A DNA stretch of 64,000 nt from Actinophytocola sp. (GCF_035942955.1 NZ_DASZCQ010000160.1:18878-82877), one strand, 5' to 3'. Counted from the stretch's first letter, positions 1 through 9,930 are shown. Made by a program: numbers and translations. The notes: a model not told the origin generated them from the letters alone.

Positions 1-1
1 C

Positions 2-910
2 GCCGACCCGTCCGGGCGGGACCTGCCCGCCTGGACGCCGGGCGCACACATCGATCTCGTCCTCCCGGACCTCGACCTGACCCGGCAGTACTCGCTGTGC
101 GGTGATCCGGCCGACCGGTCCGAGTGGCAGATCGGCGTGCTCCAGCAGCCGGACGGCCGCGGCGGGTCGCGGTACGTGCACGAGGCGCTCCAGGTCGGCG
201 CGAGCGTCGAGGTCCGGGGGCCGCGAAACAACTTCCCGTTGCTCCCGGCCGAGCGTTACCTGTTCATCGCCGGCGGCATCGGCATCACCCCGATCCGGCC
301 GATGATCGCGGCGGTGACGGCCGACGGCCGGCCGTGGGAGCTGCTGTACGGCGGGCGCAGCCGCCGGTCGATGGCCTTCCTCGAGGACCTTGCGGCCTAC
401 GGCGACCGGGTGCGGGTGCATCCGGAGGACGAGGCGGGCCTGCTGCCGCTGGCCACGTTCCTCCTCGATCTCACCGCTGAGCTCGAGAACCCGCTTGCCG
501 TCGCGCTGCCGGACTGCCTGGTCTACTGCTGCGGGCCCGAGCCGTTGCTCAAGGCGATCGAGGACTGGTGCTCCGGTTGGCCGCCCGGCATCCTGCGCAC
601 CGAACGGTTCGCCGCCCGCCGCGATCCCTCCGGGCAGGGGGACACGGGCTTCGACGTGGTGTGCAACCGTTCCGGGCTCACCCTGCACGTCCCCGCGGGC
701 CGGTCCATCCTCGAGGTCGCCGAGGCGGCCGGCATCCCGGCCCTGTCGGTGTGCCGCGAAGGCGTTTGCGGGACGTGCGAGACCGTCGTCGTCGACGGCC
801 GTCCGGAACACCGCGACTCGCTGCTCACCCCGGCCGAACGGGAGGCCGGCCAGACGATGATGATCTGTGTCTCACGCTCGTCGAGCGCACAGCTGGTACT
901 GGACCTCTGA
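2..910 (+). CDS. PDR/VanB-family oxidoreductase (flavin/NAD-binding reductase fused to 2Fe-2S ferredoxin); 5' end lies outside the window
   Basis: The frame is open from the window edge. Motifs: 'RQYSLCGDP', 'FIAGGIGITPIRPM', and a C-terminal 'CREGVCGTCET' Cys cluster (ORF 137..910). Confidence 0.8.
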   Translation, partial: ADPSGRDLPAWTPGAHIDLVLPDLDLTRQYSLCGDPADRSEWQIGVLQQPDGRGGSRYVHEALQVGASVEVRGPRNNFPLLPAERYLFIAGGIGITPIRPMIAAVTADGRPWELLYGGRSRRSMAFLEDLAAYGDRVRVHPEDEAGLLPLATFLLDLTAELENPLAVALPDCLVYCCGPEPLLKAIEDWCSGWPPGILRTERFAARRDPSGQGDTGFDVVCNRSGLTLHVPAGRSILEVAEAAGIPALSVCREGVCGTCETVVVDGRPEHRDSLLTPAEREAGQTMMICVSRSSSAQLVLDL

Positions 911-921
911 CGGAGGGGCTC

Positions 922-1653
922 ATGAAGGACACGACGAGGAGGGAGGTCATCGCCGTCCGGCACGTCGCTTTCGAGGACCTGGGACTGTTCGAGGAGGTGC
1001 TGACCGAACGCGGCTTTCGGGTCAGGTACGTGGATGTCGCGCGCGATCACCTCCTGCAGCAGCTCCGGGAGAGCGATCCGTCGTTGCTGGTCCTGCTCGG
1101 CGGACCGGTCAGCGCCTATGAGGACGAGAGTTATCCGTTCCTCAAGGCGGAGAAGGCACTCGTCCGGGACCGGGTGGCCCGCCGGCGGCCGTTGCTGGGA
1201 ATCTGCCTGGGCGCTCAGGTGATCGCGTCCGCGCTGGGCGCCCGGGTGTACCCGGCGCGGCCGAAGGAGATCGGCTGGGCGCCGGTGCAGCTCACCGAGG
1301 CGGGAGCCGGCTCGCCGCTGGGCGAGCTGACCGGGCCGGTGCTGCACTGGCACGGCGACACCTTCGACCTCCCCGAGGGGGCGATTCACCTCGCCTCGAC
1401 GCCGGCCTACCGGAACCAGGCCTTCGCCCTCGGACCGCACGTCCTGGGGGTGCAGTTCCACCCCGAGGTATCCAGTGACGCTCAGGAGCCCTGGCTGGTC
1501 GGGCACGCCCACGAGATCGCACACACCCCCGGGGTGACCGCAATCGGGCTGCGCGCGGCCGCCAGAGAGCAAGCCGGCATCCCGCGGCGGCAGGGCCGTC
1601 TGTTCTTCGGCCGCTGGCTCGACTGCCTGACGCATGCTCGGCTTCTGGAATGA
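922..1653 (+). CDS. type 1 glutamine amidotransferase domain protein (GMP synthase-like GATase1)
   Basis: The start is the internal ATG of ORF 568..1653, after a GGAGGGG site. Motifs: 'LLGICLGAQ' nucleophile elbow and 'GVQFHPE'. Confidence 0.8.
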   Translation: MKDTTRREVIAVRHVAFEDLGLFEEVLTERGFRVRYVDVARDHLLQQLRESDPSLLVLLGGPVSAYEDESYPFLKAEKALVRDRVARRRPLLGICLGAQVIASALGARVYPARPKEIGWAPVQLTEAGAGSPLGELTGPVLHWHGDTFDLPEGAIHLASTPAYRNQAFALGPHVLGVQFHPEVSSDAQEPWLVGHAHEIAHTPGVTAIGLRAAAREQAGIPRRQGRLFFGRWLDCLTHARLLE

Positions 1654-1701
1654 GCGCCGGTGTCGGACGTGCCACGCTCGGTGCCTGGGCCGGCCGGGTG
1701 G

Positions 1702-2259
1702 CTAGCACTTCTCGTGCTGGGGGGCGGAGCTGGAGGGGCCGGAGTCGAGCTTCCACGCGCCGTCCTCCATGGTGAGGGGGATGACCACCCGCCAGTGGAT
1801 GCAGGGTTCGGGAAGCTCGAGGGGGGCGTCGGCGACGTCCTGGACGCTGGTGAAGCTGATCAGCACGCGGCCATCGGCGGGGCCCGTCTCGATCCGCCAG
1901 ATCGCGATGCTTCCATCCTTTGTGGACCGATAGTCGGTGCGCCACTTGAGCTCGGGCTGGTTGCCGGCGCGCCGGTCGCTGACCACGGTGCGCCAGCGGG
2001 CGTAGTCCCGGGCGTTGATCGCGTCGAAGTAGGTTTGCAGGAGGCCGCGGACGGTCTCGTAGCGCGGGTGCGCGGCGGCTTCCTCGGTGGGCATCACGGT
2101 GGGGCTGCCGGGCTGGTCGCTCGGCGGGACCGTGCCGGCGCTCGGCACCGCCGCGGCGGGCGGGGCGGGCTCGGGCGAGGCGTAGACCTGCCGCGCGACC
2201 AGGCCGCCGACCGCCGCCGCCAGCAGCGCGAGCAGCACCATGGGAAGCACCCAGCGCAT
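1702..2259 (-). CDS. hypothetical membrane-anchored protein (N-terminal TM helix, Pro/Ala linker, NTF2/SnoaL-like C-domain)
   Basis: ORF of 185 aa with N-terminal 'VLPMVLLALLAAAVGGLV' and coding-like composition. Confidence 0.6.
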   Translation of the reverse strand: MRWVLPMVLLALLAAAVGGLVARQVYASPEPAPPAAAVPSAGTVPPSDQPGSPTVMPTEEAAAHPRYETVRGLLQTYFDAINARDYARWRTVVSDRRAGNQPELKWRTDYRSTKDGSIAIWRIETGPADGRVLISFTSVQDVADAPLELPEPCIHWRVVIPLTMEDGAWKLDSGPSSSAPQHEKC

Positions 2260-2274
2260 GGGCCGAGCGTACGG

Positions 2275-2778
2275 TCAGCCGACGCGGTGCAGCCAGGTGA
2301 CCGGGGCGCCGTCGCCGGCCCGGCGGAACGGCTCGAGCGCGGCGTCCCAGGAGGCGCCGAGCAGCTCGTCGACGCTGTGCGCGAACGACTCGCCGGCGCG
2401 GCTGGACGCGGCAAGGGCGCGCAGCTGATCCTCGCCGACCACGATGTCGCCGTTGGCGCTGGTGCGCGCCCGCCACAGGCCGAGGGTGGGCGCGAAGCAG
2501 TACCGCTCGCCGTCCACGCCGGGGCTGGGCTCCTCGGTGACCTCGAAGCGCAGCATCGGCCAGGCCTTGAGCGCGGACACCAGCTTGCCGGCGGTGCCGG
2601 GCTCGGCGGTCCAGGAGCACTCGGCGCGCAGCTGGCCGGGGGCCGCCGGCTGGGCGGTCCACTGTAGATCGACCCGGGTTCCAAGGGTGCCCGAAATAGC
2701 CCACTCGACGTGCGGACATACCGCAGCCGGCGACGAGTGGACGTACACCACGCCTCGGGTGTTGCCACGGGTGCTCAC
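2275..2778 (-). CDS. DUF3145 domain-containing protein (conserved actinobacterial)
   Basis: ORF of 167 aa beginning 'VVYVHSSPAAVCPHVEWAI...'. I recognise this family from memory; it is typical of core actinobacterial regions. Confidence 0.7.
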   Translation of the reverse strand: MSTRGNTRGVVYVHSSPAAVCPHVEWAISGTLGTRVDLQWTAQPAAPGQLRAECSWTAEPGTAGKLVSALKAWPMLRFEVTEEPSPGVDGERYCFAPTLGLWRARTSANGDIVVGEDQLRALAASSRAGESFAHSVDELLGASWDAALEPFRRAGDGAPVTWLHRVG

Positions 2779-2884
2779 TGCTGACCTCCGCTGCTCGACG
2801 AGGATCGTCTTCCCCTACGTCCTCACGAGCGGCGTGGTGTCAGGCCCTATTGTGCCCTGCCACCCTGCACTTTGGCCACATTGG

Positions 2885-4360
2885 TCACGCGTGTGCGCCG
2901 AGCAGGGTAGCCGCGGCGACCGTGTCGACCAGCCCCACCCCCTTGTCGAAGCTCGACGTGTACGGCCCGACCTGTTGGTACGCGGCGCCGTTGGTGAACT
3001 TGTACGCGGTGGACTTCAGCGCGTCCTCGATCTCCGCGGGGGTGGCCGCCGGCTTGGCCTGGAACAGCTGCGCCACGATCCCGGTGATCTGCGGGGCGGC
3101 CATCGATGTGCCGCTGATCACGTTGTACGTGCCGATGTCCAGCAGCCCCGGACCGTTGCGCGGGTCCAGGCCCGTCGAGCAGATCGGCAGGTACAGCCGG
3201 CAGGCGGAGATGATGTTCTCGCCGGGCGCGGAGATGTCCGGCCAGGTCTGCGGCCGGGTGCGGTCGCCGCGCGAGGAGAACGACGACACCTGGCCGTCGC
3301 GGGTCCCGGTGCTCAGGTCGTTGTACGAGGCGACGGACAGGATGCCCGGGGTCGGGTCCTGGCCGGGCGGGTTGGACAGGTTGGCCGTCCCGTCTTGGGC
3401 ACTGTCGCCGTCGTTGCCGTTCGCCCACACGGTGACCACGCCCTCCGCGGCCAGCGCGCGCTGCAGCCGGGCGGTCGCGGAGTTGGGGTCGAACTCGCCG
3501 CCGCCGCTCGGGCCGTAGGAGTTGTTGATCACCTTGATCGGCGGGCAGGTGGCCGCCGGAACCCCGGCGCCGCACGGGGCCCGGTGGTTCTCCAGCACCC
3601 AGTTCAGCGCCGCGTCCGCGCCGATGATCACGATCACCGCGCCGGTGGAGATGGACACGATCTTGGCGCCCGGGGCGGAGCCGCCGACCCTGGTCCCGTC
3701 GGTCAGGGTGAGCGGGCGGCCCGCGGCGATCCCGTTGACGTGGGTGCCGTGCCCGCCGAGCGCGAGCAGGTCGGTGTCCACAGTGGTCGGCACGTCCAGG
3801 ATGCAGCCGGTGCCGGTGCTGCTCTCGTCGACGCAGACGCTCTTGAGGCTGCGCACCACGCGGGTCTGGCCGTCGGCCCCGCGGAACGCCGGATGGGTCG
3901 GGTCGATGCCGGAGTCGATCACCGCGACCGACACGCCGCGGCCGTCCAGCGGGCGGCCGTCTGCGCCGAGCAGGGTCTGCTGCGCGGCCAGGCTCCTGGT
4001 CGCCGTGGTGCCGGGGCTGGCGAAGAACCGGAGTGGGTCGTTGTGCTCGACGTACCGGACGCCGGGCCGCGCGCGGGCGGCCCGCACCTGGGCGGCGGTG
4101 CCGCCGGCCGCCACGACGCCGATCCGGTCGAAGCTGGTCACCCGGGTCAGGCCGGTTGCCCGGACGGCGGCGTCGGCCGCGGCGAGGTCGGCGCCGTGCA
4201 CGAGCACGGTCATCGGCAGGGCGTCGGCCGCGGTGGCCAGCAGCCCGGACAGGGAGGCGGACACCGGCGCGAGCGGGCCGGGCGCGGCGGATGCGGGCAC
4301 GCCGGCGCCGAACGTGGCGGCGACGAGCGCGGTGGCCAGGGCGGCAACCGTGGTGCGCAT
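2885..4360 (-). CDS. secreted S8 family (subtilisin-like) serine peptidase
   Basis: The start is the internal ATG of ORF 2885..5755, preceded by AAGGAGGA. It has a signal peptide 'MRTTVAALATALVAATFGAGVPASA' and the triad motifs 'VAVIDSGID', 'GGHGTHVNG', 'SGTSMAAP'. Confidence 0.9.
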   Translation of the reverse strand: MRTTVAALATALVAATFGAGVPASAAPGPLAPVSASLSGLLATAADALPMTVLVHGADLAAADAAVRATGLTRVTSFDRIGVVAAGGTAAQVRAARARPGVRYVEHNDPLRFFASPGTTATRSLAAQQTLLGADGRPLDGRGVSVAVIDSGIDPTHPAFRGADGQTRVVRSLKSVCVDESSTGTGCILDVPTTVDTDLLALGGHGTHVNGIAAGRPLTLTDGTRVGGSAPGAKIVSISTGAVIVIIGADAALNWVLENHRAPCGAGVPAATCPPIKVINNSYGPSGGGEFDPNSATARLQRALAAEGVVTVWANGNDGDSAQDGTANLSNPPGQDPTPGILSVASYNDLSTGTRDGQVSSFSSRGDRTRPQTWPDISAPGENIISACRLYLPICSTGLDPRNGPGLLDIGTYNVISGTSMAAPQITGIVAQLFQAKPAATPAEIEDALKSTAYKFTNGAAYQQVGPYTSSFDKGVGLVDTVAAATLLGAHA

Positions 4361-4528
4361 GGGGTCCTCCTTACCGGGAACCGGGGTGTCCAACTCAACG
4401 AGTGACACCCGGACCGGTGACGGAGAAAAGTGAAGGTGATTCGGCCCAATCCATACGGCACTCATCGCGGCTCGGCGATAACGTGGGAGCCGGCCCACCC
4501 GGCAACGCGAGGGTCTGGGAGGTACGCG

Positions 4529-5827
4529 GTGCGGCTGATTCGGCTCGGCGACGCGACATCGGACGTCGGCGTGGACGTGCGGGCGGCGCTGGCCTCGTGG
4601 GGGCGCGGCGACCCGGTCGTCGGTGGGATCGCGCTCACCGGGGTCAGGCCGCCCGGTTGCCCGCACCCGGTCGAGGCGATCGTGGTGCTGCCCCGCGGGA
4701 TCCTCGTCGTGATCGGCGTGGACCTGCCCGATCCCGCGGTCCGGCTGGACGCTCCGCTGTCCGGCCAGTGGAAGACCGACGGCTGGCCGCTGGTCCGCGG
4801 CGACGGCGCGGTGAATCCCGGGGTCGAGGCCATGGCCGTGGCCGACGCGGTCCGGGCCCACCTGGAGCGGGCCAGGGTCGAGCCGCTGCCGGTCGGCACG
4901 GTGATCGCGGTCGGCCCGTACGTGTCCCAGGTGTTCCAGCCGACCGCCGACCTGCTGCGCGGCGTGCGGATTCTGCACCCGGAGCCGATGACGCTGCTTG
5001 GCGCCGCCCGTGAGCTGGCCGTGTACCAGGGGCGGTGCTCGGTCGACGGGGCGCGGCGGATCCTGGCCGCGCTCGACGCCGGTGCCGAGCTGGATCCGGC
5101 CGAGCTGGCCGCGGAGGGTTTCTCCACCGCCGCCGCTCCGGACCTGACCGCGGCCAGCACCACGCTGATCCCGAAGGTCACCGACCCCGAGCCGGTGCTC
5201 CCGCCGCCGGTCCGTCCCGTGCGCCCGAACGGTCAGCTGCGCTGGCTGCCGGTGGGCGCGGCGATCCTGGTGGCGCTGCTGCTGCTCACCGGGATCGTGG
5301 TGGCGGTGGTGTCCGCCGGGTCGGGCGCGACCGGCGCCACCAACCCACCGGCGCCAACGGCCCCGCCGACGCCCACCGGGATCCAGGTCGACGGCGTGTC
5401 GTTCGACCCCAAGGGCAGCAGCCGGGCCGAGGACTGCGCCAACCACGCCTACGGCGACCTGCAGGTCCGGCTGCAGCGCAGCACGTGCAGCCAGCTGATC
5501 CGGCTGCGCTACGAATCCACTTCGGACAACCACAAGGCCGCGATCCTGGTCGCGGTGCTGCGCTTCCCGGACAGCGCGTCGGCCGACGAGCTGCGCGCGG
5601 TGGCGGACAAGCCGGGCAGCGGCGCGGTGTCCGACGTCTCGGTCGAGGGCACCCCGTGGCCCGACGGCGGCAAGCCGTTCTTCGAGTCGGCCGCCTACGC
5701 CAGCGGCCGGGAGGGCACCAGCGTCAAGCTGGTGCAGGCGGTCTGGATGGACCAACCGTCCACACCGGACGACAAGACGCTCAAAGGCCTGGCGACACGG
5801 GCGCTGCAGCTGCCGGTGGAGGACTAG
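4529..5827 (+). CDS. hypothetical single-pass membrane protein (cytoplasmic N-domain, Pro-rich linker, TM, extracytoplasmic C-domain)
   Basis: From ORF 4430..5827. A GTG at 4529 follows GGGAGG; the alternative start is 4430. The TM helix is 'WLPVGAAILVALLLLTGIVVAVV'. Confidence 0.6.
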   Translation: MRLIRLGDATSDVGVDVRAALASWGRGDPVVGGIALTGVRPPGCPHPVEAIVVLPRGILVVIGVDLPDPAVRLDAPLSGQWKTDGWPLVRGDGAVNPGVEAMAVADAVRAHLERARVEPLPVGTVIAVGPYVSQVFQPTADLLRGVRILHPEPMTLLGAARELAVYQGRCSVDGARRILAALDAGAELDPAELAAEGFSTAAAPDLTAASTTLIPKVTDPEPVLPPPVRPVRPNGQLRWLPVGAAILVALLLLTGIVVAVVSAGSGATGATNPPAPTAPPTPTGIQVDGVSFDPKGSSRAEDCANHAYGDLQVRLQRSTCSQLIRLRYESTSDNHKAAILVAVLRFPDSASADELRAVADKPGSGAVSDVSVEGTPWPDGGKPFFESAAYASGREGTSVKLVQAVWMDQPSTPDDKTLKGLATRALQLPVED

Positions 5828-6831
5828 CCGCGCACCGCGGCGATCAGCTCGGGGGCGTAGCCGAACAGGCCGGGCAGGCCACCGGTGTGCAGGAACACCA
5901 CGGTCTCGTTCGCGCCGATGTCCCCGGAGCGGACCGCGTCGATCAGCGCGGCGGCGGCCTTGCCGGTGTAGACCGGATCAAGGGTGATGCCCTCCGTGCG
6001 GCCGAACAGCCGGATCGCCTCCCACACGGCCTCGGTCGGCACGCCGTAGCCGGGGCCGAGCGCCCGGTCGGTCACCCGCACGTGATCCAGCGCCGGGACG
6101 GGCACGCCGAGCAGGGCCGCGGATTCGGCGGCCAGGCGGCGGATGTCGGCCAGCGACTCGTCTGGCGGGTGCGACACCGACGCGGCGTCCAGGCGCACCG
6201 GCCAGTCCAGCAGCGCGGTGCCGAGCGCGAGCCCGGCGGCGGTGCCGGCGCTGCCGATCGGGCACACGATCCGGTCCGGGCCCGGATCTCCCACCTGTGA
6301 CCGCAGCTCCGCCGCGGCGGCGACGTAGCCGAGCGCGCCGACCCCGTTGGACCCGCCGACCGGCAGCGTGACCACGGACCGCCCGGCGGCCCGCGCCTCG
6401 GCGACCACCCGCCGGTAGGTGGCCGCGGTCTGCTCGTCGTCCTGGCAGATGTGCACGGCGGCGCCGTACAGCAGGTCGAGCGCGACGTTGCCGGAGCGCT
6501 CGTAGGCCTCCCCGGAACGCGGCACGGATCTGGTGAGCACCAGCTCGCAGCGCAGCCCGAGCCGGGCGCAGGCGGCCGCGGTCTGCCGGCCGTGGTTGGT
6601 CTGCACCCCACCGAAGGTGATCACCGTGTCCGCGCCGCCTTCCACCGCCTCGCCAAGCAGGAACTCCAGCTTGCGCAGCTTGTTGCCGCCGACGCCGAGC
6701 CCGTTCACGTCGTCCCGCTTGACCAGGATCCGCGGCCCGCCCAGCGCCGCGGACAGGCGCGGGCACTCCTCGAGCGGGGTCGGCCAGGCGCCCAGCGCGA
6801 TCCGGGCGAACCGGGACAGGTCGACCGGCAT
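5824..6831 (-). CDS. 1-aminocyclopropane-1-carboxylate deaminase / D-cysteine desulfhydrase family PLP enzyme
   Basis: ORF of 335 aa with the 'GGNKLRKLEFLL' PLP-lysine motif and 'FLHTGG'. Confidence 0.85.
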   Translation of the reverse strand: MPVDLSRFARIALGAWPTPLEECPRLSAALGGPRILVKRDDVNGLGVGGNKLRKLEFLLGEAVEGGADTVITFGGVQTNHGRQTAAACARLGLRCELVLTRSVPRSGEAYERSGNVALDLLYGAAVHICQDDEQTAATYRRVVAEARAAGRSVVTLPVGGSNGVGALGYVAAAAELRSQVGDPGPDRIVCPIGSAGTAAGLALGTALLDWPVRLDAASVSHPPDESLADIRRLAAESAALLGVPVPALDHVRVTDRALGPGYGVPTEAVWEAIRLFGRTEGITLDPVYTGKAAAALIDAVRSGDIGANETVVFLHTGGLPGLFGYAPELIAAVRG

Positions 6832-6841
6832 TCGGACCTCC

Positions 6842-7210
6842 TTACGTCGCGAACGAAGCCGTGGTCGAGTAGCCGAGGACCGCCGCGCCGATGCCGGCCA
6901 CCACGGTGAACGCCACGTTGGCCACGGCGAGGAACCGGGCCCGCTCCTGGGCCAGCCGGACGGTCTCGTAGCCGAAGGTGCTGTACGTGGTCAGCGCGCC
7001 GCAGAAGCCGGTGCCGAGGAACGCGGCCAGGTTGCCGGGCAGCGCGGTGCCGATCCCGGCGAGCACCCCGAGCAGCGCGGCGCCGGCGACGTTGACCGTG
7101 GTGGTGCCCCACGGAAACACCGAGTCGTGGCGCTGCTGGACGAACCGGTCGGCCAGGTAGCGCAGCGGCGCGCCGACCGCACCGCCGAGCGCCACCAGCA
7201 GCAGGATCAT
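6842..7210 (-). CDS. crcB: fluoride channel CrcB/FluC subunit
   Basis: ORF of 122 aa with four hydrophobic segments and 'GFCGALTTYSTF'. It is paired with a second crcB through a 4-nt overlap. Confidence 0.85.
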   Translation of the reverse strand: MILLLVALGGAVGAPLRYLADRFVQQRHDSVFPWGTTTVNVAGAALLGVLAGIGTALPGNLAAFLGTGFCGALTTYSTFGYETVRLAQERARFLAVANVAFTVVAGIGAAVLGYSTTASFAT

Positions 7211-7695
7211 CGGGCCACCGCCGCGCGCCGGGTGGCCAGGCGGGTCAGGTGGACGCCCACCCAGACCGCCAGCACCGCGGCGGCGACCGTGCCGGCCAGG
7301 TAGGCGAGGCCGGTGAGCTCCGATCCGGGACGGAGCAGGGCACGCACGTCCTCCGCATAGGTGGAGAACGTGGTGAACCCGCCCAGCACGCCGACGCCGA
7401 GGAACGGGCGCAGCAGCAGACTCGTCCGGTACACCTCGGTCACCAGCACCATGAGCGCGCCGATCAGCAGGCAGCCGCCCACGTTGACCAGAAAGGTGGC
7501 CAGCGGGAACCCGCCGGGCGGCACGGCGATCGCGGCGGTCAGCGCGTAGCGGCCGAGCGCGCCGAGCGCCCCGCCGAGCGAGATGACGGCCAGCACGGCG
7601 CCGTGCGTGCGGGCGAGCTCCTGGCGCTGCTCCGGGATGTGCAGATCGATGTCCGGGTCGACCGGCCCGCCGGCCCAGTCGTGATCACCTGGCAA
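7207..7695 (-). CDS. crcB: fluoride channel CrcB/FluC subunit (second paralogue, N-terminal extension)
   Basis: From ORF 7207..8106, motif 'GVLGGFTTFSTY'. A TTG at 7695 follows GAAGGAGG; the alternative ATG is at 7749. The start is uncertain. Confidence 0.75.
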   Translation of the reverse strand: MPGDHDWAGGPVDPDIDLHIPEQRQELARTHGAVLAVISLGGALGALGRYALTAAIAVPPGGFPLATFLVNVGGCLLIGALMVLVTEVYRTSLLLRPFLGVGVLGGFTTFSTYAEDVRALLRPGSELTGLAYLAGTVAAAVLAVWVGVHLTRLATRRAAVAR

Positions 7696-7811
7696 CTCGC
7701 CTCCTTCGAGTGATGGCCATGCCGCCACACCGCGCCATTTGCCCCTCATCCCGCCGCCCGACCGATATTCTGCGTGCCGGCATGTGAACCGGATGCACCT
7801 GGAGGGACATC

Positions 7812-8147
7812 GTGGCGCAGAAGACCGTTGTCGAGCTGGTCGACGATCTCGACGGTGGACAGGCCGCCGAGACCGTGTTCTTCGCCCTCGATGGCGTGGA
7901 CTTCCGCATCGACCTGTCGAGCGAGAACGCCGCCCGGCTGCGCGACACCCTGGCGGAGTACGTGGGTCACGCGCGCCGCGTCGGATCCCACAACCAGAAG
8001 GGTCGCGCCGGCACGCGGCGCAACGGCGACAAGCCCGACGTTCAGGCGATCCGGGAGTGGGCCCGCAACCAGGGCGAGACCGTCGCCGAGCGCGGCCGCC
8101 TGTCACACGATCTGCTGACCCGGTTCCAGGAAGCGCACAGCAACTAG
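7812..8147 (+). CDS. lsr2: Lsr2 family nucleoid-associated protein
   Basis: ORF of 111 aa with a GTG start after GGAGGGA. Motifs: 'AQKTVVELVDDLDG...' N-domain and a C-terminal 'IREWARNQG..V..RGR' AT-hook-like DNA-binding motif. Confidence 0.9.
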   Translation: MAQKTVVELVDDLDGGQAAETVFFALDGVDFRIDLSSENAARLRDTLAEYVGHARRVGSHNQKGRAGTRRNGDKPDVQAIREWARNQGETVAERGRLSHDLLTRFQEAHSN

Positions 8148-8497
8148 CTGGGGTTTCGCCCCGCGGGGCGGGTGGGGGCGCCCTGGTTTGTGGGGTGGTC
8201 GGGTGGCGTCTGCGGGTTGGGCTTCAGCGGAGTCCGGCGTGTCCGCCTTCCCGCAGGCAGGTTCGGCACTCGTGCAGCCGTGTGACGCGTTCCGGTGGCC
8301 GACCTTGCCGGGGCCCTTGGTTTCCGGGGTGGTTTGGTGGCGTTGTCGGGCCGGGGTTCCAGCGTGGTCCGGCGCAGTGCTCACTGTTCGGGCGGGGAAT
8401 TGCCGGTTCGGGCATTTTCGCGCCGGAATGGCGATCATGGGCGTCTTAGCATGACGGCGGGTCCGGCGGAGTAAACCGTGAATTAAGGTTGCTCCTT

Positions 8498-9625
8498 GTG
8501 AAGATCGCCGTACCTGCCGAGACGATGCCGGGCGAGCGGCGGGTCGCCCTCGTGCCGGAGCTCGTCTCCCGCCTGACCGATGCCGGCCTCGAGGTCGCGG
8601 TGGAACCCGCGGCCGGGGCGGCGGCTCGCTATTCCGATGATGCCTACCGTTCCGCCGGCGCCGCGGTCGAAGCCGACGCGCTGGACGGGGCGCAGGCCCT
8701 GCTGTGCGTGCAACCGCCCGCGATCGAGCAGGTGCACCGGCTCGACAAGGACGCGATCACGATCTCGTTCCTGCCGACCGCCCGTGAGCTGGAGCTGGTG
8801 CGGGCGCTGCGCGATGCCGGGACGACGGCGTTCGCCATGGAGCTGGTGCCGAGGGTGTCGCGGGCGCAGGCGATGGACGCCCTGTCGTCCCAGGCGCTCG
8901 TCGCCGGGTACCGGTCCGCTCTCATCGCCGCGGAGCGGCTGCCGCGGTTCTTCCCGCTGCTGATGACCGCCGCGGGCACCGTGCCGCCTGCGCGGGTGCT
9001 CGTGCTGGGCGCGGGCGTGGCCGGGTTGCAGGCCATCGCCACCGCGCGCCGGCTCGGCGCGGTCGTGCGCGCCTACGACGTGCGCGCGGCGGCGGCCGAG
9101 GAGGTGCGCAGCGTGGGCGCGGAGTTCATCGACCTGGACCTGCCGACGTTGGAGGGCGCCGGCGGGTACGCCAGGGAGGCGACCGAGGAGCGGGCTCGGC
9201 GGCAGCGGGAGCTGCTCGCGCCGCACGTGGCCGACGCCGACGCGTTGATCACCACGGCCGCGGTGCCGGGCCGGCCGGCGCCACTGCTGGTCACCCGGGA
9301 GATGGTGGAGGCCATGAAGCCGGGCTCGATCGTGGTGGACCTGGCCGCGGAGTCGGGTGGCAACGTGGAGGGCTCGAAGCCGGGCGAGGAGCTGACCGTC
9401 GGCAACGCCCGGGTCTGGGGCGGGCGCAACGTACCCAGCCAGATGCCGGGGCAGGCCAGCCGGTTGTACGCCACCAACGTGGTCAACCTGCTGCTGCTGA
9501 TGAACGCCGACGGTGAGCTCAAGCCCGACCTGTCCGACGAGGTGCTCGCCGGGTGCTGCGTCACCCACGCCGGCGAGGTGCGGCACGGCCCGACCCGCGA
9601 GCTGCTCGGCGAGGACGCCGAGTGA
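8498..9625 (+). CDS. pntAA: NAD(P) transhydrogenase subunit alpha part 1
   Basis: From ORF 8489..9625 (GTG at 8498). Rossmann motif 'VLVLGAGVAGLQAIATARRLGA'; the gene order is pntAA-AB-B. Confidence 0.9.
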   Translation: MKIAVPAETMPGERRVALVPELVSRLTDAGLEVAVEPAAGAAARYSDDAYRSAGAAVEADALDGAQALLCVQPPAIEQVHRLDKDAITISFLPTARELELVRALRDAGTTAFAMELVPRVSRAQAMDALSSQALVAGYRSALIAAERLPRFFPLLMTAAGTVPPARVLVLGAGVAGLQAIATARRLGAVVRAYDVRAAAAEEVRSVGAEFIDLDLPTLEGAGGYAREATEERARRQRELLAPHVADADALITTAAVPGRPAPLLVTREMVEAMKPGSIVVDLAAESGGNVEGSKPGEELTVGNARVWGGRNVPSQMPGQASRLYATNVVNLLLLMNADGELKPDLSDEVLAGCCVTHAGEVRHGPTRELLGEDAE

Positions 9626-9930
9626 TGGACGGGGTCGCCCTGCTGACCGTGTTCGTGCTGGCGATCTTCGTGGGCTACGAGGTCATCTCGAAGGTGTCGT
9701 CGACCCTGCACACGCCGCTGATGTCCGGATCCAACGCGATCAGCGGCATCATCCTGGTCGGCACGATCGCGGTCGCCGCGCACACCGAGTCGGAGCTGAT
9801 CTTCGCGCTCGAGCTCGTCGCCGTGGCACTGGCCGCGGTGAACCTGGTCGGCGGCTTCGTGGTGACCGACCGGATGCTGCGGATGTTCCGCGGCCGCCGG
9901 GAACGCCGGGAGGAGAACGTCAAGCTGTGA
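9625..9930 (+). CDS. pntAB: NAD(P) transhydrogenase subunit alpha part 2 (membrane)
   Basis: The internal ATG of ORF 9553..9930 overlaps the pntAA stop (TGATG). The ~100-aa product is hydrophobic, with 'LHTPLMSGSNAISGI'. Confidence 0.9.
   Translation: MDGVALLTVFVLAIFVGYEVISKVSSTLHTPLMSGSNAISGIILVGTIAVAAHTESELIFALELVAVALAAVNLVGGFVVTDRMLRMFRGRRERREENVKL

Noticed and set aside
7696-7811. A possible fluoride riboswitch (crcB motif) upstream of the crcB pair.
   Set aside because: The minus-strand leader ('...GGCGGGAUGAGGGGCAAAUGGCGCGGUGUGGCGGCAUGGCCAUCAC...') has a GAUGA-like start. It lacks the conserved CUGAUGA 3' element and the pseudoknot pairing I expect. The region may also be coding if the ATG at 7749 is used.
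8157-8170. The perfect palindrome CGCCCCGCGGGGCG after lsr2 as an intrinsic terminator.
   Set aside because: The stem is short and there is no T-tract, so it cannot be told apart from the GC palindromes common in this genome.
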